NCBI GenBank assembly: GCA_000934665.2
Contig: JYFJ02001984.1
Coordinates: 1 to 64,000, forward strand
Direction: 5' to 3'
Source of the DNA: Catajapyx aquilonaris
Lineage: Eukaryota
DNA: 64,000 nt
The notes under the pieces: generated by a model
What the model was told of the DNA's origin: nothing
What the model saw: the letters and a program-made list of their open reading frames with translations, nothing else
Databases searched by the model: none
Position numbers and translations under genes: made by a program
Shown: positions 28,501 to 41,600 of the stretch, in pieces
Layout: the number at the start of each line of letters is the position of its first letter
Numbering within the stretch: the stretch's first letter is position 1

Positions 28501-30354
28501 AGCGACGCTTTTCACATAAATAATTTGGATGAGTGCCTCGAGAATATTTATGTCCCACTGTTTAGGGCAGGGAGGGCATTTAGAGAGGTCATAGCCGACA
28601 CAAATCGGTTTCGACTAAATATTCGTTTTTCCAAATGTACGACCCGTTGCTGGATGTTGGCACTGTCATGTGAAAATACTTGTGAACTCAACTCCGAAAA
28701 AGAGCATCATCTTCTTGCTGATTTGTTATTATTTTCGCACCATTTTTGGACAGTGGAATTTCCCATTGTTCTGACATTTTGCTTCGGCCATTAAAACTAT
28801 TATTTTACATCATGAAACATTCAACACGTCAACATGCACGGTGTATTTTACCTGGAATGATACGATCAGATAATTTTGATTTTTAGGCATTCTTAAAATA
28901 TACTGAAGAGCTGATTAAAAATAATCCCCATCCTTGAATTGTTGAATACTTAAATATTTGATAACAATCGCGCCATTGTCAACAGTCTTAGCAATTCAAT
29001 GACCGTAAACCGTCTTAATCATGCCTTCCAAATCACTTCAGGCGCTTAAACACGCTATTATTTCACCAGCACAAATTCCAACCATATTTGGAAATAAATA
29101 ACATTCCTAAAGAAAAAAACCCGGGAGCGAATATTTAAAATAATCGGCCCTACCACGAATTCCTATTAGCCACCTGATGCCGAACCAGGCCACACTGGCG
29201 ATACACATGTCCTGTGGTCTTCGGTGGTCAAAAAACCCCCCCACCTATATGGGTGGTCCCCCTCTCCCTCTCACTCCTCCCGGTCCCCTCATGTAGATTG
29301 GAATGGTTTTTGGCGTCGGAGTGGCATTGTTGGCGGGAGGCAGGGGCGGGGAATCCAACATGAAAATGCACTCCGGCATAGAGGCATCTCTTAGCATAAT
29401 CCCAGGGCGGAGATGGCGGCAGGCGAGGCGTAAGGCTGCATGCGAAGTGGGATTTGGCCTAAGTGCCCCGTTTCCCTTCCGCCCTCTTTTTACCAAAGGC
29501 GATGATTTAGGGTGATTGTGTGCCCGCTCGACCCAACCGATTTCCATGGGTAGGTAGGTAGGTAGGTATGGGTAGGTGTCCGCAGAAGAAGGGGTGGTCG
29601 TCTTGGGGGGGAAAGAAAGAGAAAAAAATCTATTTTCTTTATTTTTTTTAATTCTGGGCACAACTTTTCCAGCCTGATGTGCAGGCACAGGAGCAAGGCA
29701 AAGGAGATGCCTGGGTTGCCCGCAAGCCAGGATGAAAGAGAGTCGTTAAGGGAGAGGGGTCCGATCGTAAATATGGAGAACAAGGTAACAAGGTTGTTAG
29801 ACGTCGGGCGAGCCAAAAAACAAACTGGGATGCTGAAGATGGGAGCATAAAAATCATGGTATGAGTTGTTTAATACTAACGTCCCAAGTTACCGCGAAAC
29901 AAGTTTGTATGCTAATGGCTTATTACAAGTCAGTGCGGAGTTCATAATTTAGAATGGTTCTCTGCCTTAGAAATTCTGCAGCTGGGTATTACAACATCAT
30001 GGTGATGAATATGATTATGCTATTATTGGCGCATTCCCAAAAAAGGTAGCGTTTGGCCGTATTTGTTTAAAGAATTTTCCACACATTTCAATGTAGCCAC
30101 ATGGTGGAACATACCTCTAGTTATAACCGCACGCAAACCTCATGTTGGTCGAAATATTTTTCGAACGGGGTATCATATTTGGCAGGCCTATATCGAGCAC
30201 TCGCCGCCAAGGCTATATTTCTTCGTCTCTTGGTCATTCCCTATATTATTCTCACCTTCCAAAAAAAATAAAAAAATAAAGGTTATGAAACAAGTGAATG
30301 TCACTAAAGGTCTGACTGTGGTCTGACAAGTGAGTGCTAAAAGATGCCCCACTT

Positions 30355-30642
30355 TTTTTTACTGTACCCCATTATCGGGCCTTGAGCCCTTTTTAGGGGA
30401 GTGGAATACCACTATTTTTTGGAACCATATAATATTTATATTATTTAATTGTTCATATGTCGCATATTGGTAATTTGTGAACTCCCCCGGGTGGATTAGT
30501 CTAGCGGAAATTTCCACCCGAGACGAAGCCAGAGATGGCCCAACTCTGCACGAGATGAAGGGGGGAACCCCGGGCTGGGATCGAACCCGGGACCTTAACA
30601 TCCGTGGGCGCGTGCGTTACCGCAGCACCACCCCGCCTCCCT
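30355..30642 (-). mobile_element. tRNA-derived SINE, family B (different head and body, same 3' tail as family A)
   Basis: Minus strand: A box TGGTGCTGCGG, B box GGTTCGATCCC, tail AAAAAATAGTGGTATTCCACTCCCCTAA and A-run; perfect 14-bp TSD AAGATGCCCCACTT at 30341-30354 and 30643-30656. Confidence 0.88.
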
Positions 30643-33600
30643 AAGATGCCCCACTTGAACTCATTGATACTTTTGTAATGCCCGCGTATGAAATAATGCT
30701 CGACCATCGTATCATTATTATTATTTTGGAAATCCGACAGTCATGCGTCCGACAAAGGCTTACAAAATCTCGTGTCACTTTTTTAAAAAAGAAGTTTTAA
30801 TTAGCATAAAGAGTGTGTTGATTGAGATATATGCAGTATGTGCTACAACATGTGGCTAGGTTGAATTACTATGAAAGGGTTTTTTTTGAATGTGATAATA
30901 TCAATATCTTTACGAGAATAAAGTCCGATGTGATATTCCTAAAATCCTACAGTATGACAAGCTCTTCCGCAGTCTACTGCAAGTAGGACAAAAGCCCTGC
31001 AAGCTAATTTTATCTCAGCACACATAAAATGAAAAATAACCTATATGTTCAATCATTGTAACTACAGTATGTTAATGGCAAGAGGTGTATACCGTAACTA
31101 GATTTTACACTCCTACATCAACTAGGGCTGCAGGCGGCAACTCATTTATGCAAAACTTCCGAGTATCATGCATCACTTCATAATGCGCCTCATTTTATGC
31201 ATCAGACAATATTGTTGTTCAACACTTTAGAACTTCCCTTACACAACGAACAAAATGCAAATTGACTTTATCGTAAACAATAACACACAACTCTCAATTT
31301 TCTTGTTGGCATCTAACAAAGGCAATACAAGTTAAAAAATTGATTAACGTATCTTCCTTCCCCCCTTCCCTACAGAATAAAATGTGACAATGGAAACATA
31401 AATAAGGAAGCAGCCGTGACATCCATTTTCCACCCCATCTGGTCTACGCGACATTGGCGAAATAAAGCGGCTCATTTTTTAGCGTCCCACAGAGCAAGAG
31501 AAGGAAGCAGAGACGAAGACGCATTTTGCGTGCCGGAATCAAAAGAAAAAAAAAAGTCCAAGAAGGAAAACGGGAAAAACACACTCACTATCTGCTCCCT
31601 ATCAGCAGAGCCCGGGGAAAGAGAGAGGTGGAGGAGGGAGGAGGCACAATCGCGGGGAGGGAATATCAAATTTTCCTAAATTATGCATCACAAACACGGT
31701 GCTTTTCGTAACGGACAAAGTTCCCCGAGTTTACAGGTTAATGGGTGCCTGGGGAGCCACTAGCTGGGATTGAGCCCCGGATCCTCAGAGAGGGGACTTC
31801 CGGAGAGGTGGAGAGGGAGGGAGGGAGGGAATGAGGGGAGGGAGGGTGGGGGAGTACACTACGACAATATGCCCAAAGATTACTTTGCCTGTCCCCCTTT
31901 CCCTCACCAACTTTTGACTCCATGATGCGATTCGCAAACTTAGTGGCGTTGCCAGCAACTTCTGGCTTAATGTGTTTAGGCCTTTTCCCTGCCATGTAGG
32001 ATACAGTTCCACAACTCTTATCAGGTTGTAGCAAAGAGTGTTGTGTCTATTCCCGTGGTGGAGTTTAGTCATTTTATAACAAAGGGAGCCAATACCTACA
32101 TCGTTATATTTTGTGGCGTTAGTAAATAATATATTTTTCAAGTAAGCTGTCCAACTTACTTCACACATCGTATGGCAAAAGAAGTAGTGCTGATTGATGC
32201 ATTCTATCAAAAGTTTCAAGCAATCGTTAAATTGTCAAGTACTTCGAAAGTCGTCAAGTGACCCAGTTTGCCATTGCTTGGAAGCCAAGCTTATGGAAAA
32301 ATTACAGTTGAGAAGTTATCAAATAAACGCTTAGGAATTCTTATAAAACAATTTGACTTTTTTCTATCGACACAGCAATTCCAACATGTCTATATCAGGC
32401 AAGCCATGCAAATAATGCCCATATTTTTGAAATAATCATTAAAGTAAAGTTGCCAACTATTAAGTGAAGAAAAAGCATACGTGCAGCAGCGATATTGCAT
32501 AGCATGGAAGCAGAGCAGCTGTTCCCCATCTCCAACGAGGTGACATCAAAGAATTGCATGCCCAAATGTGGCCATTGGAAGGATTTACAGGGCGAAATCG
32601 AGGGCTATGAGAGAAGAAGGGAGCCCCTAAGTTGCCTCCGAATGCTGCAGAAAACTTCCCCAATTTAACGGAGAGTTGCAAGAACACTTTTCCGATTCCC
32701 TCGGAAATTTCTGTCTCGGACCGCCTGCACGTCCCCATCTATTCTCTGACGCTCATAATGAATAAAATCTCCATCCGGAGGAAGGAGGGGACCTCCAGGC
32801 TTCCTGATGCCGAAGATGTGATATTTCAGATTGATCTTATACAAAAATAGGTTGGTGTTCCGTTTCCATTGTGTGTGATCAAGGTACAAGTAAATTATAG
32901 CTTTTAGTGCAAGAAGTCCTGTTAACAACAAAATTAAGGTAACCACCACTTGTCGTGAGACAGAGATTCCCCTCATGATAATACCATTCCCAGGATCCTG
33001 CTGGGAATAAATCGATCATGACGGATGGAGGAAAAATCCGGCGATCATGATTTCGTATATGCGTGTTCAAAGAGCCATCAGTGGCCATCAACCACCCCCG
33101 TCTCGCCTAAAGGGGGGATCCATTTCTGTTCTCTGCAATTCCCTGCATAAGAACGAAGCACGAATAACAATCCCCGAATTTCCGGAGGGGGGAAAACGCG
33201 CGGCCATTTTCCATAAGGGTGTTATCCCGTCTGTCCTTTTCTCTGCTTTCCGTGGCTATAGCAAATTTGAAAGAGCGAAAAAAATATATTTTGTAGGCCA
33301 GAGACATGTCTGCGAATTTTTGTAACTGGCAATGCATTTATTTGGCCGTCAACAGAATGAATAAACTAATGTTTGTCTTCACAGGCAGTCAGCGTTCAAA
33401 TCCCTTTTTCCCTTCTTTGAGAAAGAAGGCATTTCGTGCTGTGGTCGTGACATTTCCGTGCACCAAGTTCATCACGAGAGGGGCCTCCTGAGCTGCTGGC
33501 GACAAATTGCTGGCTGGCCACAAGCGCCGACTGCACCTGCTTCCCTCCCCCACAGCCCCCCGGATAGGCTCAGGTGTCTACGTGCCCACACGCCATCAAT

Positions 33601-35648
33601 TACGGGCCGACAATGACAACCGGCCAAATTTCGCCTAACTTGTGGCCTACACACCACGTGACGGGGAAGTCCCTCAATGACGTCGCTGGAGTTCAGCGCA
33701 GAAGTACCAGACACTAGGAATCACAATTATTGTTGATTGTTTATTTCGGGTTGTGGATATGCAGATTTTTTTTTCTAAAATTATAGAACGCCATTTCCTC
33801 TCAAATCCGAAGTCAACAATCAATCATTCTCTGACACGCCTGCCCCTCCCATGCCAAAACTTTTTCAAGTACAACTTTGACCCCTGCCACTTCCACTACT
33901 AATTCAAGCCCTTACTAAAGGTGCCCGTCCTGTACTGTTTTATTCCATGACATGCCCTTATTACAACGGGGAGTGCATACATCCTGCAATGTCGTGCATA
34001 AGTTAGAAGGTCCAGAGTGGAGCGAAAATAAAATTAGGGCATAATGGAGCAGTCTGGGTATGCAGTGCAGCAAGCGAACCGACACCGCGGTTATTATTTC
34101 CGGCTGGTTGATCTCCTTCCAGTAGGGGTGGTTGAGTGGCGACGACGGTCATATTTGGTTCCTTCATCTCCGCCCCCGTGGAGAGGTCGCACATTGAGGG
34201 ACCTCCCCGGACCCTGTTTTAGTGGGCCATCCCCTCTCATGTAGTGAGTTGGCCAAGATGGACGCAATTTCCCATCGCGAATCAACGGATATGGCCTCTT
34301 AGCTTAGTTATGGCCGGATTGAGGGGTCTGTTGTGGAAGACGATTCCCTGTCCCCGGAGCGAAAGAGCCATTTGTCGAGGAGAGTGCCATGATTCGGCTC
34401 GATGATTTCACACGGCAGTCTCCCGCCAACCGCACTACCCACAATTCATAGCTTACGCCCGCCTGCACAAAAACTCGTAAAAACAGTGTACTGGCCCACA
34501 AAAGAGTGACGTAAGCCCGATCTCACTTTTTAAGGGAAAGGGGGGGAAGGTTCTGTTTACTTTTAATTATCCCAGTCTTACGGCTGTCGCAGCTGCATCT
34601 AATCCATAAATTAGAGCAGCGAAAATCCTAATCTGGCGGGAGGGAGATCCTTTTCACAACCACTAATCCCACAGAGATGAAAACCCCTCCAACTCCAACG
34701 GCTTCGACTTGAAAATCCCCAAAACCATATACCTCCATTTCATTTTCTTCGGCATTTGTGCTCGGATCGGCAACAGTTTGGGCAAAGATTTGCGGGAAGC
34801 TTACTTTACCAAACACGAGCTAAAATACCTCCAGAACAATTGCACTGCTTTCTAATCATTCATAGCCCCGCACATACTGAGAACTTTCAGGGTTTGATTA
34901 AAGCTTATCCGACCCCTCTTTCTCTATAGGAGTGCCAGTCATGCCCTGAGGCATTTCCATGCTTCACCCTGCCAATCTTTCTCTTTGTCTGTTGTCTATG
35001 TAATCGCCGCTAGCTAATTATACTTGTTTATATCTTCCAAGCTCATGATGTAAACTGCTGCTTTGATATAGGCCTATATTTTGTATTATTGTAGAAGCCC
35101 TTCCGGCATTTTTTAAACTTAAATTCTAATTTAATAACAATAACTCCCTACAGTGCAATCACCTAATGGAAGTGTTCGAGATCGACTGCTTATTTATACT
35201 TTCTCAAACGTAGCCAAACGGATTTGGGAGGATGTATACCGAAGGAGCGTTGTAAAATTAATTTTTAGCTGACTCGCACCAATCTTGGAGAAGACGGGTC
35301 TGTATTCGGACGGCTGCGAGGTCTTCCCAAATTGGAACTGTTCCCCAATTCCATGTTATCAGGGATGAATTCTTTGCTTCGGAATTGTGGGACCCATCTT
35401 CCTATACAGGCCTACAACGTCCACTCTCCCTTGCGTACCATAAAAAGAAGAAGGGAACCAGATCGGAGTCTCATATCAATATCCATCCAACCCCCCAACC
35501 CAGGGATTGCTACCTTATACTGGTAATCTCGTAACTTTTAAAAGGCACGGATCGACCCTTTATTGGATCCGAATCAGCTTCCATTTTTTATTTCCCCCTT
35601 TTTATTCTTAGGCTTGTGTAAAGCACAGAAACGACCTCAGTCTCAGAA

Positions 35649-35696
35649 CCAATCACGACCAAGATGGCGGTATAAATCCACGTGGAAATACGGAAC
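35649..35696 (+). promoter_or_regulatory. Candidate core-promoter motif cluster
   Basis: CCAAT 35649, YY1-type CAAGATGGCG 35660, TATAAA 35671, E-box CACGTG 35679 and CGGAA 35691, all within 50 bp; no downstream gene recognised. Confidence 0.35.
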
Positions 35697-38600
35697 GGAC
35701 GAATTGACCGAAATTCTAATCTGTCATGTTTTGTAATCTGATTCTTATTCATCTTTCATCCTGGCTGGAAGTGAATTTCCATCTGAATCCTAGAATCCGA
35801 AACCCTCCCTCCTACCTGTAAAACATTAAGATGAGAGGTGTTGAAACGGCAAGGAAAGGGGAACAGAGAAACGTGATCGATCCCTTTGACTGCGGGCTGC
35901 ACAACCCTGAGCCATAATCAGAGAGCAGTGATAGGAAACCTTTCATAAGCAGCTCGTCTGTCAAGAGGGGAACGGAGTTGACTCGTATTTGCTGTGCCAA
36001 CACGAGGGTGTGCTGATTCTGTTTGCAGGCCAGCCATACCAGTGTGCGCAACCTATCTTTAATCGCTGACTCATCATGATGGGAGTAAGGTTTTTTAAAT
36101 GAGGCTGGGACAGTCCTGGGATGACGTGCGTTCGACAGCAGAGAAGACGTGTGTCACTTGTGCCCAACACCAGAAATCTCCATCCGAAATCAAACCGGCT
36201 GTGCGCCGCTGATCCATGAAAAGACCCAACTGTAAAACATCGATCGGTCCTCTTCACAATGGACGGAATTAAGTATCAAAGCGGGTGCATCCCCATTCGG
36301 GTTGAATTAATCTCGATTACAATGAGAACTACTCGTTGCTTGTCGATGCTTGCATAAAAAAATGTTAGAATCGAAGAAAATCAAAGTTGAGAAAATCAAG
36401 AAAAGAGGGGGGTGGCTCAGAAGTGAGTTAATTTATTCCTGCCCAAGAGACGCCAACCACGCCTTCTGCTGCCGTCAAGATTAAGTAGAAATCCGTGTTT
36501 GAGCGTTGTTCAGCCCCAGTCATGCACATCAAATGGGAAGTGAACAGAAGGAAGATTGCTGGCGGGGAGGTGTACCAAGAATGGTACAATAGCTCAGAGA
36601 CATCAATTCATGTCAGGTGACTCCAAAATTAAATTCTGATCCATTCTGTATCAGTCCCGATCATACGACTCTAAATAAGGTGTCCAAGCCACACCTTCCC
36701 CTCAAACTATAAAAAAGGCGACGGTCACTGAAAGTGGCGAGCGACAGTTGCGAGTCTATCCTCGGCACGAAAATATATCGGCAATGATTTCTCCACGCCA
36801 CTTCCTAGCCCCTTTACGACACAATTTCACGAGATGTGTCCATTGCTCCCCCCCCCTCCCCTCCCCGCAATGTCGCCCCCCATCCCTCCTTCCTTTTGTG
36901 CTAAAATAACGTGGTCCTCGTAAAATTGCGGCCGTCCCCTGGAATTAGGATTTGCAATTGATTTGGCCATATGGCACGAGTCGGGTCATCTCGTTTCCCT
37001 TTTGTCATCACCCGCTAGTTTTTATGATCGGTCCTAATTCGAATGATGCTCAGTTCGCAATAAACGTGTGTGGTACAGCCTCTTAGGATCCGACCCGAAT
37101 TTTCGGTTGTAAAATATGGGCTTTGGCGTAACATTTTACACGAGCTGGGAGGGGGGGGGGAGGTTGGTGCAAAAAGAGGGGGGATCCAATAATGCCTTTA
37201 TTTGGAGCGCCTTTTATCGCCCCGCAAGACAAATGCAGGCGCTAACGTAATTGACTCGCTGCTGTCCATTAATTAACACCGCAGCACCCCCACCGGTTGC
37301 CTGAATGTCACGCTGGGTCCATCAATAATGGCGCCACTTAAAACATTTTAAATCCTCCCCCAAGACCCCCCATCATGGCGGACGTCCCACCTGACACACA
37401 ATATACTGCCCTTTTCTTCGCTATTTTTCAGACTTAACAACCCAGGGGTGTCCGACTGTGTGGGGGGTTAGAGAGAGGAAAAATCCAATATCTTTTTCCA
37501 GTTCCGATTGAAAATCAAAAGGGAGGCCCCCAAAGTTTGACGAACATGGGTAGGGTAGCCACATGTACCGAATGTGCCATTTTCTCCACGGGCTGCCCAA
37601 CTAACGATCCCCTTTACCTGTCTGGTCACGAATTGGGCCCATCCCAACCTCAGACTGGTCCTGCGCCTCCGCCCCCACCTCGGTTCTCAAAAAATGGGGA
37701 GGGCGTGAGTAGGAATTTGGGAAAGGTATCGTTTCAAATGTATGCCGGATGTGAATATCACGTTTTGAATTTGATGGCGCCAGACCCCATACCTTTTTTG
37801 GTTGGACTGATTTATTTGTGATTTAGGCTAGTGCTGCTGTGTCTGTGTGCTGGTATGCATGGTGTATGAATAATAATATTTTCTTCAGAATCGATAAGTC
37901 CAATAGAGAGCAAAAATATGTGGACTTACTATAGGGCCAGGAGCTTCGACTGTCAAGTAGGAGATGTCGCTGCTCTAATGCTACTGTACGGTAGAGGACG
38001 TCAACATTGGACCCCCTGACTGTTGATCCCAAAATTACCTCCAAGTAGGCAGTGCTCATTTCTAAAACCCACAAACCCTCCACCCCTCCATAACCATATT
38101 TTGATTACATTTTTGAAAAAAAGTTAGGGAGGAATAGGGGGTGGAAGCTGAGTGCTCGGTTTATGGGGGAGAAAATGGCGGACCATCCCCTATAAGAAAA
38201 ATACCGCATCGTTCGATGTAACCAACAGAAATACCTCCATTTTGAGCTAGAATTGCCAACCAATTTTGGAATAAGTAGCTTCAAAAATATTTCCCCCGCC
38301 CAGAACACACCCTGCATTTTGATCCCAATCACAGAAAGGATTCATAACTTCTTCCTTTTTGTCCCGCTTTAATTTGGGCCTTAGTGTCCACAACCCAGCT
38401 TAACATCCGAATTGACGCGTAATTCGAAAGAATTCCCATGGCTTAAGTTCATTAAATCCACATCAGACATTTCCTGGTCCAAATGGTCCTCCAGAATGGC
38501 TTTCCAACCTGCACCATAGAGGGGGGGTTAGATTGGAGAGGGGGGAAGGTTGTGCAGAGGAAAATTAGTGAATGGAAAAGCCAGAAGCACCAGCAGCAGT

Positions 38601-41600
38601 AGCAGCACAACAAGCTGCCATGCTCTGCATAATAGATCATCCTTACTGTCATTGGCGGAAAATGAAGGGCGCAATCTGTGTGCATTTCTAGAAATATCCG
38701 AATAACTTTAGAAAGCCATTTGGAGAGATGGTGTGGGGTAGGGTGGGATGAAGGGTGGGTGGATGGGTGGATGGGGAGGGGTTTCCGGTGCTGCCTGGGG
38801 GCCCCTGGATGATTAATGAAATCAGAGAGAGAAAAGCCAGGCTGTCGGCGGATTGAAACTCTTGGCGGCACGCAACCCATCCGACGCCCGCTATACTGGG
38901 AGAGGAAAGGGGGAAAAAAGAAGAGAAGAAAACGAGCAAAAGATGACGGCTTGGAAGCGCCACATTTTTGCAATTACAACCCTACAAATAATGCGGAGCA
39001 AGTTCGTGCTTCCAGTTTTCCTGCAGGTGCTGCCTTGGTATCACGGAAGATAAGGAATTGGCCCAACAGTGTGGCACACAAAAAAATGTGAGATGTGTTC
39101 TTAAATTTTGCTTACTTGGAAACATTTTTTGGTCAAATAGAGCTGAATAGAAGCTGTCAAGGAAACGTATGAAACCTTCATCATTATAACTGAAAATTTA
39201 ACTTTCACATTGCCAGTGTACAGCACCAGGATGCCATGGCTCAACTTTTTTTAATCCGCTATAGTAACGTGACGGCACACTTTGGCAATTAAATCTTTTC
39301 CTCAATCGCGGGCTATAAAATTCACGGGGTAATCCAGAAACCAAATGCGGTCCCATAAGTGCCGATATACTAAGTTACAGAATGGGGATTGTAATGTGTG
39401 CATTGTCATGATTGCTGTTCCATTGAAACCGTATACTCATTCAAATCCGTTGTGATAGAAAGGGAGTATAGGCTACTATACTATCAGAAACTCGTCTGTC
39501 AAGTGCTCTTAAACTAATGTAGAGCTGCTGTCAACGATCCGCTACAACAACCCCCATAATCTGCTGCCTCTGATGGAACCCCAGGAGGATGCAAAGTAGG
39601 CTTTTAGAGTTACACTTCACTCGATTGACGTCACCGGATTTGCTTGCGTTGTTTCCCGCAATAAGCCAGCAACAGCTAACTTGATTAAAATCAGTCGCTT
39701 CGGTTCGGTTTGAATTGTCTGTCTCTTCCAGTATTACAGCAGGAGGTAATGGGAAAGGTCCTGGTCCCATGGACACACTTACAACGGCTGCTGCACGATG
39801 AAGACCAGATTTGTTTCTTCTCCCTCCCCTCTCCCCCAGACCTATAACTAACAGGGCACATGTGCACAATATAGCCAACCATTACCACTGACCAGCGCAG
39901 GAAGTCCCAGCAGAAGCAATTCTATGGGAGGTTTATCCTGGAAGTTACAGGTTGCAGTGTTCAAGAAGACAAGAGATCAAAATGCTAGCAGAAACTGTTT
40001 CTCTGAGTTATACAGTATAACGCACCCGTTTTTGCAATTCATGCAGATCTGTGGATCCTTATCTTCTCCTTATGCCTCGCTGACATAGTGGGAGCAGTGC
40101 TGCAAGCAAATTACGCTGAAAGTTACCAACGGAGGCAATCCTGCCTTGCTCCTTTTTGCATCTCATGAAAGCACTCAAGAATAGCTTCCAGTAAGCCAGT
40201 TGAATACTGTATGTGCACTGGAGGAGTTGAAAGTTTCATCCGCCATATAGCTATAGGAATTACTTCTGTTTCATTCCCAGCAAGTTGACTGCACAGGAAC
40301 GCAAATTGGAAGGCGCGTCCTTAGATAGGCCTACAACTAGTTCCAGGACACAAAGACTCGTGCAAACACTCCAGAAAAACCTTCCTTCCTCTGGACACGC
40401 GACATCTGAAGCCAGCAGCCAGCTAGGTATAACAAAGCAACCTTTTTACGACTCTCCTTCACTTACACCATCCCTTTCTTCCTGAAATGAAGGACCTTTG
40501 TGGGAGGATTGGAAGTGAGGATGTGACACTTCTAATGGGGAATAACCGGTTACCACAGGCAGCATTCAAACTGGGGGACGAGAAAGCGTGTGAGGTCGTT
40601 AGTCGCAAAAGTGTGCCCAATTTTTCTGGAGTGTGAAGATGGCTATAAGCTTACGCCTGGTATCACTTGAGGAGGGAAAAAGAAGACAGAGGCGCCGGCG
40701 TCTATAAGACCCTGGGTAAGCAATTTGGAAGAAGCTAGAAGGGGCCGCCAGCTGTGAATTACGAGAGAGTGTAGGGTGGGGGAGAAGTGGGGTGTAGAGC
40801 AGATGACGTGCCTGTCTACAGACTAATGACACTGATGAGCAGGGTTGGCTTTGGTCTTTCCCCTCCCAGCCCTCCCCCTCATGCCTTGCCTGGCTTCTGC
40901 GGCAAGAAGAAGAAGGGGGCGCCTACCCTGGAGAACGTGCCCGGATTCTCAAGATTCACCATGAGCCAGCCTCCCCGGAATTAAGGATGTTTGTTTCCGG
41001 AAGTAAGATCTCAAGACTTGGGCTTGTCGGTGCTCAAAATGCAAGTTCTGGGCTCCGAATTTCCTCCTTCGTTAGGCTCTCGGGGCCCATTGATGTAAGT
41101 CGCAAAGAACCCTATGGAATTTGCTGTTCTTTTGTCGGTTTTTTTTGTTTCCCAGCAGAGCAGACCCCCAACACAATGCATGGGTGCACCCAAAGTACGC
41201 GACAAAAATGACACAATATGAACCATTAACCCAGATCATGCGATAAACCTTGATTGTTGGGCTTCCGCGCACGGCAATAAACGGGAATCAAATAGTGGAC
41301 AATAGCGATTAATTTACTCGCGAGAGGGCAAAGGATTTCGTTACATTAATTTACGTGCAATGTTCACCCGGGTCAAAGCTGATTTCGAATAGCCAAATTA
41401 TTTTGCACTATATTACTACACACTATATTCCGGGCCCTTGGTTGTTCTCAAATACCTGCGATTAAGCCAGAGGACAGCCACTAATATTGTAATTATGATT
41501 CATGGGCAGAGGGTGCAACAGTTGTCTTTTCGTTAAATCCCAAACTCATGGCCTGACACAGGGTATTTGCGTGTCTGAAACTGCGCGTCCCTGATAGTAC

